Shown: positions 7,912 to 16,445 of the stretch, one piece after another
Position numbering within the stretch: position 1 is the first letter of the stretch
Layout: each line of letters begins with the position of its first letter
Virus record (IMG/VR): IMGVR_UViG_3300012894_000125
Location: 1-29,119 of that record
Reading direction: 5' to 3' (one strand)
DNA from: a virus
Taxonomy: Duplodnaviria; Caudoviricetes
DNA length: 29,119 nt
Made by a program: the position numbers and the translations under genes
The notes under the pieces: model-generated
Told to the model about the DNA's origin: nothing
The model's input: the letters and a program-made list of their open reading frames with translations, nothing else
Databases searched by the model: none

Positions 7912-8832
7912 ATGAACTACATCGAGCTTATCAATCAGTTCTGGCAATGCGACATCGAGCATTCCTTCAACGGCAGCGAAACGAGACTGTACTTCTACCT
8001 GCTGCACACGTGCAATTCGCTCCGTTGGAAGAATCCTTTTACGCATTCCGATGCCCATCTGGCCGCCGTGTCGGGGATGAGCGTCAACACACTGAAGACC
8101 GCTCGCAACCGGCTCAAGCAAGCCGGCCTGTTGGAGTTCACGCCGGGCAGCCAGGGCCGGGGACAGAGTCACAAAGCCCTCTACAAACTGTCAATTTTTG
8201 ATACTATACCCGATACTTTATCGGCGAACTCCCTGACAGTTTTCCCGCGAACTTCTGACAGCATCAATAAACATAAACTAAAAGAAGAAGGGAGTACGGC
8301 TAGCGCCGCTTCCTCCACTTCCGATTTAGAAGCTGATTCGGTAGGTGAGTCAAAACCGGAAAAACCGGTTTCGCCACCTGCCCCCACCAAACCCGCTCGT
8401 GGCAAGAAAAAGCCTACGGCCGACCCCAACGAGGTAGCCGCCTTGCCCCTGCCCCATCCCGGCGAGGCGTTTGCCCAGCGCTGGGCCACGTTCCGGGCCG
8501 GCCCCAAGCAACTCAAAAAGCCGCTCAGCGCCCTGGAATTAATGCTCAGTAAGCTGGGCAACAAGCCCGAGGGCTTCGCCATCGTGATGCTGGAAGCTGC
8601 CATCCAGGGCGATTGGTCAGGCATCGAGAACGGCGGCACGGCCAAGGCTTTCGAGGAATGGCAAGCCGCCCAGGCCCGCCAACCCACCCCGCCCAAACGC
8701 CCCGCGCTGCCGCCCCTGGCAGCCGACCCGGCGCTGAATTACGATTTCCTGGCCGAGCAGCAGGCCCGCGAGCAGGACGAGCAGGCCCGCCAGCAAGCCG
8801 AATGGCAGGCCACCCACGCCGTGGCCGCCTAG
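7912..8832 (+). CDS. phage replication initiator (N-terminal winged HTH)
   Basis: MNYIELINQFW...LYFYLL..CN...W...S.NTL..ARN.L.QAGLLEF. Central AT-richer repeat patch and position upstream of the helicase. Confidence 0.85.
   Translation: MNYIELINQFWQCDIEHSFNGSETRLYFYLLHTCNSLRWKNPFTHSDAHLAAVSGMSVNTLKTARNRLKQAGLLEFTPGSQGRGQSHKALYKLSIFDTIPDTLSANSLTVFPRTSDSINKHKLKEEGSTASAASSTSDLEADSVGESKPEKPVSPPAPTKPARGKKKPTADPNEVAALPLPHPGEAFAQRWATFRAGPKQLKKPLSALELMLSKLGNKPEGFAIVMLEAAIQGDWSGIENGGTAKAFEEWQAAQARQPTPPKRPALPPLAADPALNYDFLAEQQAREQDEQARQQAEWQATHAVAA
8188..8290. repeat. candidate replication origin (iteron-like repeats plus A-rich tract) inside the initiator gene
   Basis: GCGAACTCCCTGACAG 8224-8239 and GCGAACTTCTGACAG 8247-8261, inverted CTGTCA at 8188, two GATACT, then an A-rich run. 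Confidence 0.5.
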
Positions 8833-8857
8833 TTCCCACCTCTTTAGCCTTTCGCCC

Positions 8858-9388
8858 ATGTTTTTCGAGTATGACCCCACCGCGACCCTGGCCGGCCGCG
8901 AGCGCCTCACCGGGCACGCCCAGGCCCTGCGCCAGGCCCTGCTGCCGCTGCGCCAATACGCCCAGCACCGGGCCGCCAAGCTCGACATCGGCTCGGCCTA
9001 CGCCCAGCCCATCTTCGACCACATCCGCCACCTGGAGCAAGCCTTCCAGGCCGTGGCCGACTACCACGCCGCCGTCGAAGAGCTGGTGAGCATCCACCTG
9101 CCCCGCCAGAAGCAGGCCGAAGCCCAGGAGCTGCTGGCCGAGCGCGAGGCCGACCCGGTGTACCGCCTGGGCTACGTGCGGGGCTACCGCCGGGGCCTCA
9201 CCGTGGGCCAGCAGGCCCACGAGCGGGTACTGGGCCTCTACGCCCAGCACGCCATGCTACCCACCCCGCCCGGCTATACTTCCTCGCCCCTGGTGCAGCG
9301 CGTGCAGGGCTTCCTGGCCCGGCTGGGCCAGCGCCACGCCCCCGAGGGCTTCGGCCCCATCCTGCCCCCTGTCCAGCAAGCCGCCTAG
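8858..9388 (+). CDS. hypothetical alpha-helical protein
   Basis: GC3-rich ORF abutting the helicase start. Confidence 0.75.
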   Translation: MFFEYDPTATLAGRERLTGHAQALRQALLPLRQYAQHRAAKLDIGSAYAQPIFDHIRHLEQAFQAVADYHAAVEELVSIHLPRQKQAEAQELLAEREADPVYRLGYVRGYRRGLTVGQQAHERVLGLYAQHAMLPTPPGYTSSPLVQRVQGFLARLGQRHAPEGFGPILPPVQQAA

Positions 9389-10534
9389 ATGGGACTCTTC
9401 GACGACTTCACCACTCCGGCGCTGGCCATCGGCCCGCTGGCCGACACCGCCCGCCCCGACCCGGCCGGCGCCCTGCGCCCGCTCAACGAGGCCACCTGGG
9501 GCCGTATGCAGCACGACTACCAGCACGGCCGGGTGAAGGGCGAAACCACCCACCTGCCAGCGCTCGACGAGCACTTCAAGTGGATGGCCGGCTACTGCAA
9601 CGTGTGGACCGGCTGGCCCGGCGACGGCAAGACGGAGTTCATCTACCACCTGCTGCTACTGCGGGCCGTGTTCCGGCGCAAGAAATCGGCCATCTTCTCG
9701 CCCGAGAACATGCCCGAGGAGCAGATTTACGACCAGCTCATCCACGCGCTCACCGGCCAGAACCCGGACCGCAGCTGGGCCAATCACCTGCCCCTGAACC
9801 GCTACACCCTGGCCAAGGAATTCGTGCGCGAGCACTTCGTGGTGGTGTACCCCGGCAAGGGCATGGGCCGCACCCCGCAGCACCTGCTGGGCTACTTCGA
9901 GGCCGCCATCGCCACCTACGGCGTGAGCCACTGCCTGCTCGACCCCTGGAACAAGGTAGACCACTCGGCCATGAACGCGCTGGGCGGCTACGAAGCCTAC
10001 CTGACCAACGTGCTGGGCCAGCTCACCGACTGGACCGTGGACACCAAGCAGAGCCTCACCATCACGGCCCACCCCAAGCGGCTCGACGGCCTGAAATACG
10101 GCCAGGCCCGCCCCATCCCCGACGGTACCAGCATCTCGGGCGGGCAGACCTGGGAGAACATGGCCCACGTCATCGGCACGGTGTACCGGCCCTATAAGCA
10201 TGTGCCCCGCACCGACCCGCTGTTTCGGGAGGTGGCCCTCTACCTGCACAAAATCAAGAGCCACAAGCTCGTGGGCTTTCCCGGCAGCATCGGCGAGGGC
10301 AGCGAGCGCTCCGACATCAGCCTGAGCTACGACTGGCAGCAGGCCCGCTACCTGCTCAACGGCGTGAGCCCACTGGCCTGCGCCACGGCCGAGCGCTTCT
10401 ACATCCCGGCCGCCGAGCTCAACGCGCACCACGCCGTGCCGGCCGCCCCCGCGCCGGCCCTGCGCACGGCCAGCCCCAGCGAATTCGACAACTGGCACCC
10501 CCACGGCCGCCCTATCACCCTGCCCACGCCATGA
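9389..10534 (+). CDS. SF4 (DnaB/T7 gp4/Twinkle-like) replicative helicase domain protein
   Basis: Walker A TGWPGDGKT, FSPEN, Walker B LLDPWN, AHP.K, ISGG..W.N. No TOPRIM domain. Confidence 0.88.
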   Translation: MGLFDDFTTPALAIGPLADTARPDPAGALRPLNEATWGRMQHDYQHGRVKGETTHLPALDEHFKWMAGYCNVWTGWPGDGKTEFIYHLLLLRAVFRRKKSAIFSPENMPEEQIYDQLIHALTGQNPDRSWANHLPLNRYTLAKEFVREHFVVVYPGKGMGRTPQHLLGYFEAAIATYGVSHCLLDPWNKVDHSAMNALGGYEAYLTNVLGQLTDWTVDTKQSLTITAHPKRLDGLKYGQARPIPDGTSISGGQTWENMAHVIGTVYRPYKHVPRTDPLFREVALYLHKIKSHKLVGFPGSIGEGSERSDISLSYDWQQARYLLNGVSPLACATAERFYIPAAELNAHHAVPAAPAPALRTASPSEFDNWHPHGRPITLPTP

Positions 10535-11079
10535 GCTACCCGCACCTGACGCCCGAGGCCGCCGCCGACTGCACCCAGGCCGCCCACGCCTACGACCCAG
10601 CTTGCTACTGCACCATTCACTGGAACTACCGCGACGCTCCACCGGCCCGCAAGTACCTCAAGTACCCTAACAAATGGCTGGAGGCCAGCGTCTGGCGCTC
10701 GCTGCCCGAGGGCACGCCCGACCGCTGGGTGCTGGCCGTAGCTGCCGACACCGGCCCCGACCTGCTGCGTTACCTACGGGAGGCATTAACTGCCGTGGCG
10801 CAAGGCGAGCGGCCTGACCCCTCGCTCCTGGCCAGTGCCTACTACTGCCACGCGGTACGCAATGCAGTCGTTCACCCGCTGCTCCCGACCCAGTGGCTAG
10901 CCCACAGCCTGCACGCGCTGGCCGCCCGGCTGCCCCATCACGAAGCCCAGGCGCTGGCCACGGAGCTAGAGGCCGCCATTGACGAGCGCGCCAGCCAGGC
11001 CCACTGCCCACCCGAGGGTGGCGGCTGGATTGCCTCACAGCCCCGCACTACTTATGCGGCCCCGGCTTTCCCGCCCTGA
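10531..11079 (+). CDS. hypothetical phage protein
   Basis: ATGA overlap with the helicase, GC3-rich. Confidence 0.7.
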   Translation: MSYPHLTPEAAADCTQAAHAYDPACYCTIHWNYRDAPPARKYLKYPNKWLEASVWRSLPEGTPDRWVLAVAADTGPDLLRYLREALTAVAQGERPDPSLLASAYYCHAVRNAVVHPLLPTQWLAHSLHALAARLPHHEAQALATELEAAIDERASQAHCPPEGGGWIASQPRTTYAAPAFPP

Positions 11080-11130
11080 TGGCCTTAGCAAACGTTGTCT
11101 TTGAGAACTGCCGCCCGCGTCGAAGCCAAC

Positions 11131-11161
11131 CAGCCCGCAATTGTCACGGCCTTGCGGGCTG
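11131..11161. terminator. hairpin between convergent genes
   Basis: Perfect 10-bp stem CAGCCCGCAA/TTGCGGGCTG with an 11-nt loop and no U tract. Confidence 0.4.
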
Positions 11162-11171
11162 CTGCACTCGC

Positions 11172-11495
11172 CTATTTCTCCTTTACGAAGATGAGCGTGG
11201 AGGTCCATCCTTGAGTTCCACCAAAAGTACTTTTTAGGGTGTACCCCTCTTGGTAAAGCTTCGTGAATACCTGTTGCATGACCTCGCCCGATGCTCCTAG
11301 CGCTTTGGTAGAAAGGCCACCCGTTAAATCTACTTCCTCGCGTTTGCCTTCTCCACGAATAATAACCAAGTGACTGCTTAAGCCGCCCCCGTCATTTACG
11401 CGCACTACGACCACAGACGGTCCACCCGTCTGCGCCATTACCGGTGAAGAACCAAGTGCCACTAGGCACGCCCCCCAGAATATAAGTTTTTTCAT
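11172..11495 (-). CDS. small secreted protein (moron) with Sec signal peptide
   Basis: MKK-hydrophobic-VMA|Q signal, lower GC, opposite strand, and its own -7-like TATCTTCG 5 nt before the ATG. Confidence 0.85.
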   Translation of the reverse strand: MKKLIFWGACLVALGSSPVMAQTGGPSVVVVRVNDGGGLSSHLVIIRGEGKREEVDLTGGLSTKALGASGEVMQQVFTKLYQEGYTLKSTFGGTQGWTSTLIFVKEK

Positions 11496-11673
11496 GGCCG
11501 CGAAGATAGTCCCACCGCCCGAGCCCCCACCCCGCTACCACGCCCGGCTCCAACTGCCCAGCCCCGACGCGCTCAACCCCAACACCGTCATCGCCCGCTT
11601 AGCCGTGATGTCGCCCGCCCTATGGAAAGAGGTCGAAGCCTACCTGCGCAGCAAGGGCTTCAAACCCTACTGA
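11494..11673 (+). CDS. 59-aa hypothetical protein or gene remnant (absent from ORF track)
   Basis: MAAKIVPPPEPPPRYHARLQLPSPDALNPNTVIARLAVMSPALWKEVEAYLRSKGFKPY*, with phage-like C-ending codon bias. Confidence 0.45.
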   Translation: MAAKIVPPPEPPPRYHARLQLPSPDALNPNTVIARLAVMSPALWKEVEAYLRSKGFKPY

Positions 11674-11699
11674 GGGAAACCATTTTAGTCTTAAATTTA

Positions 11700-11731
11700 T
11701 TTGCATAAATAATTTATTTATCTTATCTTAG
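11700..11731 (+). promoter_or_regulatory. promoter for the packaging operon with a palindromic spacer
   Basis: TTTG(11700-11703)-N20-TATCTTAG(11724-11731), one mismatch to consensus. Palindrome TAAATAA-T-TTATTTA at 11706-11720, in an AT-rich island. Confidence 0.6.
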
Positions 11732-11753
11732 TACGTATCTCACGTTCTGCCTT

Positions 11754-12125
11754 ATGCTACCCACCTACAACCCCATCGAGCACCTGCCCCCACCCGTGGC
11801 CCTGCTGCCCAGCCTGCGCGTGAACGCCCGCGGCCGGGTATACCTGAGTCAGGAATTGGTAAGCAGACTGAGCCTGCGCGCGGGGCAGCCCGGCAACTTG
11901 CTGCCCCCCAGCAACGGCAGCCCCTACTGGCACCTGGACCTACGCCCCGAAGCCCGCCACCGCATTGGCTGGTACGCCGACACCCGCCCCCGCATCGAGT
12001 TCGTGAAGCTGCCCGCTGGCTTAATCGCCGAGGGGCAGCTGCTCACCTTGCAGCTCATCCCAGGCGAGCCCACCTTCCCCGGCTTTTACCCGCTGCTCCC
12101 CTATGCCGCACCTACCCAGCGCTAA
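11754..12125 (+). CDS. AbrB/MraZ-like swapped-hairpin DNA-binding protein (putative)
   Basis: LRVNARGRVYLSQELVSRLSLRAGQ fits the AbrB/MraZ V...GR..I...L...L.L..G pattern. Confidence 0.55.
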   Translation: MLPTYNPIEHLPPPVALLPSLRVNARGRVYLSQELVSRLSLRAGQPGNLLPPSNGSPYWHLDLRPEARHRIGWYADTRPRIEFVKLPAGLIAEGQLLTLQLIPGEPTFPGFYPLLPYAAPTQR

Positions 12126-12411
12126 GCGCCGCCCCTGGCAGCCGGCACCTCAGAAGCGCGCGTACGTGCAGCACGCCGCCCGTAGCCCCGAGTACAGCAC
12201 CGCCCGCTGGCAGCGGGCCCGCCTGGCCCAGCTCACCCGCTGCCCCTGCTGCGTGGTGTGTACCCAGCAGGGCCGCACCACGGCCGCTACGGTAGCCGAC
12301 CACATCACCCCGGTGCGCCTAGGTGGTGACTTCTGGGACAGTGGCAACCATCAAAGCCTGTGCCGCCCCTGCCACCAGGCCAAGAGTGCGTCAGAGCGGC
12401 TTAAAACGTGA
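12103..12411 (+). CDS. terminase-associated HNH endonuclease (HK97 gp74-like)
   Basis: CVVC...DHI.P...GG...N.QSLC..CH..K, immediately before cos and TerS. Confidence 0.92.
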   Translation: MPHLPSAKRRPWQPAPQKRAYVQHAARSPEYSTARWQRARLAQLTRCPCCVVCTQQGRTTAATVADHITPVRLGGDFWDSGNHQSLCRPCHQAKSASERLKT

Positions 12412-12500
12412 AAGGGGGATAGGGGGTCGAAATCCTCTGGCCTACTCTCTGCTAGACCGTAGCCCAACGTCCCAAACGCGCGCGTGCAAAACTGGACCCC
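12412..12500. other. candidate cos packaging site
   Basis: HNH-terS intergenic region with the GGGGG.CGAAATC...ACCG....CCC...CGCGTGCAAAA layout typical of 3'-cos HK97-like phages. Cut probably near 12455-12470. Confidence 0.6.
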
Positions 12501-12539
12501 AAAATTTATTCGCTCCCTATATTCTAAAAGCATAATACT

Positions 12540-13022
12540 ATGGCAGGCGGCCGACCTCGCAAACCAACCTCGCAAAAAGCCCTTGGCGGCACGTTGCAGC
12601 CCTCCCGCACCAATAAAAACGAGCCTACCCCCGAGGTGTACCTGCCCGTACCACCCGAGTGGCTGAGCGACCGGGCGAAACAGTATTGGGCCGAAATCGG
12701 CAGCGTATTATTGGCCATGAAGCTCACCACCGTGGCCGACGGCCCCGCACTCCAACTCCTGACCGAGGCGCTGGCCGAGTGGGCCGAGGCCCGGGAGTTT
12801 GTGCTGACGGAGGGCATGACCTACGAAACCACTACAGCCACCGGCGACACCATGCACCGGCCGTACCCGCAGGTGGCCATCGCGTCGGACGCCTGGCGCC
12901 GGTCGCACAAGATGCTCACCGAATTTGGCCTCACGCCAGCCAGCCGCAGCAAGGTGTCGGCGCTGGGTAGCGAGGACGGGAAAGACCCGTTCGAGGAAAT
13001 GATGAACGACATGAAAGGTTAA
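12540..13022 (+). CDS. terS: terminase small subunit, P27 family
   Basis: GRPRKPT, PPEWLS..AK..W, P.V.I, EFGLTPASR. Confidence 0.95.
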   Translation: MAGGRPRKPTSQKALGGTLQPSRTNKNEPTPEVYLPVPPEWLSDRAKQYWAEIGSVLLAMKLTTVADGPALQLLTEALAEWAEAREFVLTEGMTYETTTATGDTMHRPYPQVAIASDAWRRSHKMLTEFGLTPASRSKVSALGSEDGKDPFEEMMNDMKG

Positions 13023-13025
13023 GCC

Positions 13026-13226
13026 ATGCTCACCCCCAAAGAACTCAACAACGTGCGCCAGCAATTTGCCGACACGGCCGTGGCCGGCGTGGAGGTAGCC
13101 CGCACCGGTGGCCCCGAAGCCATTGCCCTGGCCAAGGCCCTCGCCCAGCTAGCCGAGCTCGGCCTGCTGCTCTGCGCGGCCTACGAGCGAGACGTTCCCG
13201 GCCCAACCACTTCCCCTACCCCATGA
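13026..13226 (+). CDS. 66-aa hypothetical protein between terS and terL
   Basis: Fills the gap exactly, with ATGA overlap to terL. Confidence 0.7.
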   Translation: MLTPKELNNVRQQFADTAVAGVEVARTGGPEAIALAKALAQLAELGLLLCAAYERDVPGPTTSPTP

Positions 13227-15037
13227 GCCTTGCCCCCTGGCACCAGTACGCCCACGATGCCGTGGCCGCCGGCCGCGCCGAAGCCGCCGTGCAGGAAAAG
13301 CTACGCCCGATGGTGCTGCGCATTGCCAAGCTCAAAAAGGAAACCGACGCCGACCACACGGCCCAGATAGCCGCCCTGGAGCGTAAGCTCGAACCCCTGC
13401 GCGCCCAGCTGCGGGCCCTGCCCCTGCGGGTGGGCCGCTACACCTGGCTGGCCTGCGAGCGCCACCTGCGCGACCTCGAAACCGGCGCCGCACGCGGCCT
13501 GCGTTTCAGCGAAAAGGTAGCGGGCGCCGCCGTGCGCTTCTACTCCTTCCTCACCCACAACAAGGGCCGCTGGGCCGGCCAGCCACTTACCCTGGAGCCC
13601 TGGCAGCAGTTCATCATTGCCAGCCTCTTCGGTTGGAAGCGGGCCGACGGCACCCGCCGCTTTCGGGAATCCTACACCGAGGTGGCCCGCAAAAACGGCA
13701 AGAGCACGCTCAGCTCGGGCGTGGGCTTGCAGCTACTGACGGCCGACGACGAGCAGGGCGCCGAGATTTACTGCGCGGCTACCAAGAAAGAGCAGGCCCG
13801 CATCGTGTTTGGCGACGCGCAGAACATGGCCCGCAAGAGCCCCACGCTGCTTAAGAAAATCAAGGTGCAGCAGCACTCCATCTTCGCCCCGGCCACGCTC
13901 AGCAAGATGGTGCCCATGTCGTCGGACTCCAACACGGAGGACGGCCTCAACCCGCACGGCATCATCATCGACGAATACCACGCCCACCCCAACGATGAGC
14001 TGTACTCGGTGCTCAACTCGGCCACCGGTGCCCGTACCCAGCCCCTGCTGAGCATCATCACCACGGCCGGCTTCAACCGCCTGGGGCCCTGTGCCCAATT
14101 GCGGCGGGCCTGCGTGGGCCTGCTGGAAGGCACCCACACCGACGACTCGTACTTCACCATCATCTACTCGCTCGACGAGGGCGACGACTGGCAGGACCAA
14201 AGTACCTGGCCCAAGGCCAACCCCAACCTGGGCGTGTCGGTGAAGCCCGATTACCTGCAAGAGCAGTACGCCAAGGCCGTGCGCCTGCCCTCGCAGCAGG
14301 TGAACTTCAAGACCAAGCACCTCAACCTGTGGACGGACTCTAGCGAGGTCTGGCTGCCGAATGAGCTGTGGATGCTCGGTGCCCAGGGCACGACCTATGC
14401 CGAGTTGCCGGGCCGTAAGGCCTGGGGCGGGCTGGACCTGGCCAAAACGCGCGACATTTCCTCTTTCGTGCTCGTTTTCCCGAAGGACGGCGGGCAATTT
14501 GACGTGCTGTGCTGGTTCTGGGTGCCCGAGGATAAGGTGGATGAGCGCACCAAAAAGGACGGGGTACCCTATCGGCAGTGGGTAGAAGAAGGGTACTTGA
14601 TTGCCACGCCCGGCAACGTGACCGATTACGACTTCATTCAGGCCGAAATCCGCGCTGCCTGCGACCTCTACCAGGTACAGATGATTGATTTTGACCCTTG
14701 GAACAGCTCGCAGCTAGTCATTAACCTGACCAGCGAAGGAATGCCCATGCAGCCGCTACGCCAGGGCTTTGCCAGCCTCTCCGCCCCCACGGTGGAGCTG
14801 GAAAACCTCGTGGCTGATACCAAGGTGCACCACTACGGCAACCCAGTGCTGGCCTGGATGTGCGGCAACGTCGTGCTGCAACGCGATGCAGCCGGCAACA
14901 TCAAGCTCGACAAGGGCAAGAGCAAGGAAAAGATTGACGGCATGGCCGCACTAGTCAACGCGCTGGCAGGCTACATGAGCGGCCCGGCCGAATCGGAATA
15001 CATCTACGAGGACGGCCGCGATTTGCTGGTGCTATAG
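13223..15037 (+). CDS. terL: terminase large subunit
   Basis: LEPWQ, Walker A ARKNGKS, Walker B IIDEYH, ITTAG, nuclease GLDLA and KIDG. Confidence 0.98.
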   Translation: MSLAPWHQYAHDAVAAGRAEAAVQEKLRPMVLRIAKLKKETDADHTAQIAALERKLEPLRAQLRALPLRVGRYTWLACERHLRDLETGAARGLRFSEKVAGAAVRFYSFLTHNKGRWAGQPLTLEPWQQFIIASLFGWKRADGTRRFRESYTEVARKNGKSTLSSGVGLQLLTADDEQGAEIYCAATKKEQARIVFGDAQNMARKSPTLLKKIKVQQHSIFAPATLSKMVPMSSDSNTEDGLNPHGIIIDEYHAHPNDELYSVLNSATGARTQPLLSIITTAGFNRLGPCAQLRRACVGLLEGTHTDDSYFTIIYSLDEGDDWQDQSTWPKANPNLGVSVKPDYLQEQYAKAVRLPSQQVNFKTKHLNLWTDSSEVWLPNELWMLGAQGTTYAELPGRKAWGGLDLAKTRDISSFVLVFPKDGGQFDVLCWFWVPEDKVDERTKKDGVPYRQWVEEGYLIATPGNVTDYDFIQAEIRAACDLYQVQMIDFDPWNSSQLVINLTSEGMPMQPLRQGFASLSAPTVELENLVADTKVHHYGNPVLAWMCGNVVLQRDAAGNIKLDKGKSKEKIDGMAALVNALAGYMSGPAESEYIYEDGRDLLVL

Positions 15038-15043
15038 GTCAGT

Positions 15044-15100
15044 TTCCCCCGCTTTCCCCCGCCTATATAGCACACCCGCCCAGGCCGGTTCGGAGCTTTG
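15044..15100 (+). promoter_or_regulatory. late-gene bipartite motif, copy 1 (upstream of portal)
   Basis: TTCCCCCGCTTTCCCCCGC-N28-CGGAGCTTTG. Confidence 0.7.
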
Positions 15101-15119
15101 AACAAGCTAATCCGACCCC

Positions 15120-16445
15120 GTGCGCTTCGATTTCTGGAACAACTCTGCTACCCGCGACACCAGCACCCCCTTGCGCGCCGCCATCACGGCCGAGCGCGAA
15201 GGCCGGGGGGCCGGCGACGCCCTGCAAGTAGGCAGCGACGACTCTTACGAGCGCCTGGCCGCCATCCTGGGCCTGAGCCCCGGCGGCACGGTGGGCGGCG
15301 TCACGGTCAACGAGCGCAACGCCCTGGGCTTCGCCTCGGTGTGGGCCTGCGTGCTGGCTATCAGCCAGGATTTGGCCGCCCTGCCCTGCCAACTCTACCG
15401 CAACCTGCCCGGCGGGGGTAAGGAACCGGTCAGCGGCCACCCCGCCAGCCGGGTGCTGAACCTGGCGGCCTCGCCGCTGCAAAACGCCATGCCGTTTCGC
15501 ATGATTATGCACGCCACGGTGCTGCTGCACGGCAATGCCTACGCCCTGATTAAGTACGGCCCCAAGTACAGCATCAAGGCCATTTTCTACAAGCACCCCA
15601 GCCAGACGGAGGTGCTGCAAGACGGCGGCCGGCTCTACTACCGCTTCGCTGGCGACGCCACGGTGTACCAGGACTACGAGGTGCTGCACCTGCGCGGGCT
15701 CTGCCTCGACCGCTACGGCATCTTGGGCCTGTCGGTGCTGAGCCTGCACCGCGAAAACATCGGCACCGGCCTGGCCGCCCAGCGCACCAGCGCCCGCTTC
15801 TACGACAACGGCGCCAAGGTGAGCAGCACGCTCGAAACGCCCAATAAACTCACCCCCGAGCAGGGAGCTAAGCTCAAAACCCAGTTTGGCACGCAGTATA
15901 GCGGCGCTGACAATGCGGGTAAAGTCATCGTGCTGGAAGAGGGCATGAAATTCAAATCCATCGGCCTGCCCCCGGCCGACGCCCAGTTTCTGGACACGCG
16001 CAAGTTCACGGCCCGCGAGGTGGCCAGCATGTTCCGCGTGCCGGCCCACAAGATGGGCGACCTGGAGCGCAGCACCAACAACAACATCGAGCAACAGGGC
16101 ATCGACTACGTGCAAAACTGCCTCACGCCCTGGGCCGTGAGCACCGAGCAGGAATACCAGCTCAAGCTGCTGCGCACCTCCGAAGTCGATACGCACTACT
16201 GGAAGCACAATTTCAACGGTCTGCTGCGCGGCGATGCGGCCGCCCGGGCGGCGTTTTACCGCACCATGACCGACATCGGCGCCTATTCCATCAACGAGGT
16301 GCGGGCGCTGGAAGACGACAACGGCATCGGCGATGCCGGCGACGTGCGCTTCGTGCAGGTCAACCGCCAGACGCTCGAAAACGCCATGCTGGCTAAACCC
16401 GACCCCACCAAACAACCGGCCGCCGGCCCCCCACCCAGTGAGTAA
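15120..16445 (+). CDS. portal protein, HK97 family
   Basis: V.AC...IS..LA.LP, LLHGNAY, VLHLR, NAGK..VLEEG, A.MFRVP, SINEVR. GTG start. Confidence 0.97.
   Translation: MRFDFWNNSATRDTSTPLRAAITAEREGRGAGDALQVGSDDSYERLAAILGLSPGGTVGGVTVNERNALGFASVWACVLAISQDLAALPCQLYRNLPGGGKEPVSGHPASRVLNLAASPLQNAMPFRMIMHATVLLHGNAYALIKYGPKYSIKAIFYKHPSQTEVLQDGGRLYYRFAGDATVYQDYEVLHLRGLCLDRYGILGLSVLSLHRENIGTGLAAQRTSARFYDNGAKVSSTLETPNKLTPEQGAKLKTQFGTQYSGADNAGKVIVLEEGMKFKSIGLPPADAQFLDTRKFTAREVASMFRVPAHKMGDLERSTNNNIEQQGIDYVQNCLTPWAVSTEQEYQLKLLRTSEVDTHYWKHNFNGLLRGDAAARAAFYRTMTDIGAYSINEVRALEDDNGIGDAGDVRFVQVNRQTLENAMLAKPDPTKQPAAGPPPSE

Noticed and set aside
11079-11237. Short plus-strand ORF MALANVVFENC...
   Set aside because: Runs through a hairpin and antisense into the moron, with no codon bias.
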